A stretch of 64,000 nucleotides of DNA, taken from Nitrosopumilus sp. (GTDB lineage: Archaea > Thermoproteota > Nitrososphaeria > Nitrososphaerales > Nitrosopumilaceae). The stretch spans positions 1,056,001 through 1,120,000 of the forward strand of contig CBDBLO010000002.1 in the NCBI GenBank assembly GCA_965207075.1, in the 5' to 3' direction. Each line of letters opens with the position of its first letter. Position 1 is the stretch's first letter. Shown piece by piece: positions 61,678 to 64,000 of the stretch. A program made the position numbers and the translations under genes. The notes under the pieces were generated by a model. It was not told the DNA's origin and did not search any database. It worked only from the letters and a program-made list of their open reading frames with translations.

Positions 61678-62499
61678 CTATCTTTCCAGCTCCTTTATCT
61701 TTGCGGCCGTAATCTCCGCCGCCCTCTTTCCTGAAAACAGCATGGAACCAAAGGTGGGCCCCATGCGCGGGAGCCCGTGCGTTTCAGTCACGGACATGCC
61801 GGCGGCGACCAGTCCCGGATAGACCTCCCCCGTCTTTTCAACGACGCTCTCCTCGCCCTCGTTGACGTACATCGGATTCATGCCCTTCCATGTGACGAGG
61901 CCCCTGTCGACCAGCCTCTTCACCGCCACAGAGTCGTGCCCTGACGCGTCGATTATCATTCTCGCCTCGAACGCGACTGGGTCGACGCACGTTATGTTGC
62001 GCGGCAGCGCCGAGACGGGCATCCAGTTTACGACTATGCCGGAGACCCTTCCGTTTTTCATTACGAGGTCGTCAAACTTTGTCAGGTTGAGGAACTTGAC
62101 GCCCGCGTCACAGGCTCCTGCTATCAGCTTTGAGACCGCGTGTGGGCCAGGCGTTATGTACAGGCCCTCTCCTGCTTTTTTGTACGGAACTCCGAGCTCG
62201 TCCCATATCTTCTGGGCCGGCTCCCTGACCGTAACGGGGTTCATCATGTAGCCCCCCAGCCAGTACCCGCCTCCAAGATAGTTGTTCTGCTCTATTATCA
62301 AAACCTTGAACCCCATGTTTGAGAGGTCCCTGCCGGCCGTCAGCCCCGAGGGCCCCGCCCCTATTATAATGACGTCCGAGTCGGCCCTGTCTATCAGGAC
62401 GTCGTGGAACTCGTTTGCGATGGCCCTTGTGATCTCGACCTCGCTTACGTCCGCGAAGATCTTGGGCTGCACCTCTGTAACGACGGCGGCCTCTTGCAT
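61678..62499 (-). CDS. thi4: Thiazole synthase Thi4
   Basis: DVIIIGAGPSG, LGGGYWLGG, TCVDP, DASGHD, RMGPTFGSMLFSG. Confidence 0.93.
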   Translation of the reverse strand: MQEAAVVTEVQPKIFADVSEVEITRAIANEFHDVLIDRADSDVIIIGAGPSGLTAGRDLSNMGFKVLIIEQNNYLGGGYWLGGYMMNPVTVREPAQKIWDELGVPYKKAGEGLYITPGPHAVSKLIAGACDAGVKFLNLTKFDDLVMKNGRVSGIVVNWMPVSALPRNITCVDPVAFEARMIIDASGHDSVAVKRLVDRGLVTWKGMNPMYVNEGEESVVEKTGEVYPGLVAAGMSVTETHGLPRMGPTFGSMLFSGKRAAEITAAKIKELER

Positions 62500-62681
62500 G
62501 TGTGTGCTGCCCCGGCTTTACAATTAATACCTTGCCAAAAGTATCTGGGCAGAATTGTTAGCGCGCTTCTGCCCGTGGCGCCTAAAGACGAGCTGCGACT
62601 CGCCGCTCGCGTCCGGCCGTTCCGGAATCTAGAGCCCGGAAACCTCATCAAATTTATAATCCGCCTCTGCAAAACTGTTAC

Positions 62682-64000
62682 GTGTCTCAAACGCCGCACG
62701 CCTCCAAGCATGATTCTGCATCCACGTCCGCGTCCGGCCAAAGACCGCGGCTGGAATCGGCGCGGCCCGAGGAGCGCAAGCCACGCGAGAACTGGGCCAG
62801 GCGCTCCGAGGCGGACCACTTTGCTGACACCGTAAAGCTGTACCGGCAGGGAAGGTACGACGCGGACAGCTTTAGGCGCTTCAGGCTGCAGCACGGCGCG
62901 TACGGGACCCGAATGACCGGGGACTATGCAATGGTGCGCATAAAGATTCCCGCCGGCGTGGCGTATCCCCACCAGCTGGAGGCCATATCCAGACTCAGCG
63001 AGCAGTTCTCCATTGGCAGCGCGCACATATCGACCCGGGAGAACATACAGCTGCACTGGGTGGTGCTGGAGGACGTCTCGGAGATATTCAGGGGACTGGC
63101 CCGGGCGGGACTCACGTCGCGCGAGGCCTGCGGGAACACCGTCCGCAACGTGATGTGCAGCCCGCTTGCCGGCGTCTGCCCGTCAGAACCGTTTGACTCC
63201 ACGCCCTACGCGGTCGCCGTCGCCCGGTTCTTTCTGCGCAACCCCCTGTGCCAGAACCTGCCGCGCAAGTTCAAGTTCAACTTTACCTGCTGCGAGGAGC
63301 ACGGGATGGCCCGCATGGTCGACGTGGGGCTGATCCCGCAGACCCGCATGATCCCGGACGTCGACGGGAACGGGCAGCGCGAGCAGCGCGGCTTTAAGGT
63401 GTTCCTGGGCGGGGGCCTCGGAAACAGATCCTTTGTGGGGCACCAGCTTGAGGAGTTCACCCCAGAGGACGACCTGCTGTACACGTCAATTGCCACAATC
63501 CGAATATTTGACAGGCTCGGGGACCGCAAGAACATGGCAAGGAACCGCATGCGCTACCTGGTCGACGAGATGGGGTGGGAAAAGTTCCAGAGCCTGATAC
63601 TGATGGAGAGATCAATCGTCCGCGCCACGCAGTCGGTGGTCACGCGCCTAAAGCCGGACTTTGCCCCTATGGAGATACGGCGCCCCCTGCGGATATCCGA
63701 CGAGTCGGGCCCCGGCGCGGCGCCCCAGGACGGCTATTCGAGGTGGCTTGCGACAAACACGATAAGGCAGAAGCAGGATCCGTACCACACGGTCTTTGTG
63801 ACGCTGGAGGCCGGCGACATTACGGCGGGCCAGCTCAACTCGCTTGCGGAGCTGGTGCGCAGGTACTCGTGCGAGGGCGTGGCCCGCATAGGGTTCGTGC
63901 AGAACGTGGCCCTGCGGTTCGTGCATTCTGACGACCTGGGCGCCCTGTACGCGGGGCTCTTGGGGGCGGGACTTGCAAAGTCCGGGGCGCTTACGATGGC
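62682..64000 (+). CDS. Ferredoxin-dependent sulfite/nitrite reductase (partial, runs off window end)
   Basis: Not in the ORF track. Frame from GTG 62682: FRRFRLQHGAYGTR...MVRIKIPAG...ISTRENIQLH...EACGNTVRNV...LPRKFK; AATTTATAA at 62651. Confidence 0.9.
   Translation, partial: MSQTPHASKHDSASTSASGQRPRLESARPEERKPRENWARRSEADHFADTVKLYRQGRYDADSFRRFRLQHGAYGTRMTGDYAMVRIKIPAGVAYPHQLEAISRLSEQFSIGSAHISTRENIQLHWVVLEDVSEIFRGLARAGLTSREACGNTVRNVMCSPLAGVCPSEPFDSTPYAVAVARFFLRNPLCQNLPRKFKFNFTCCEEHGMARMVDVGLIPQTRMIPDVDGNGQREQRGFKVFLGGGLGNRSFVGHQLEEFTPEDDLLYTSIATIRIFDRLGDRKNMARNRMRYLVDEMGWEKFQSLILMERSIVRATQSVVTRLKPDFAPMEIRRPLRISDESGPGAAPQDGYSRWLATNTIRQKQDPYHTVFVTLEAGDITAGQLNSLAELVRRYSCEGVARIGFVQNVALRFVHSDDLGALYAGLLGAGLAKSGALTM

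Overview
This looks like chromosomal DNA of a GC-rich ammonia-oxidising archaeon (Nitrososphaerota/Thaumarchaeota, Nitrosopumilaceae-like). The call rests on a thaumarchaeosortase, Alba, deoxyhypusine synthase, CofE, archaeal-type ProRS and Thi4; a host-associated (e.g. sponge) lifestyle is an inference. Positions 1-30.4 kb and 58.9-64 kb hold mostly core genes, interrupted by an intact ISH3-like element and a solo tnpB. Positions ~30.4-58.3 kb form an accessory island with four modular surface-protein genes (LVIVD-like, DUF5011, FN3, PKD, DUF285/BspA-type and P-domain modules), two full-length IS66 elements and several IS66 remnants, a DUF5678 + retropepsin cassette beside a decayed tRNA-like sequence, and a DUF4344-type peptidase. 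The most notable signals are: (1) dead IS copies and the tRNA-like sequence have decayed almost only by A:T->G:C transitions; (2) surface genes share swappable modules, including constant/variable 75-nt repeat cassettes; (3) an Alba protein carries a ~350-aa Pro/Glu tail. All family calls come from motif recognition by eye, with no database searches, and many start codons are estimates.
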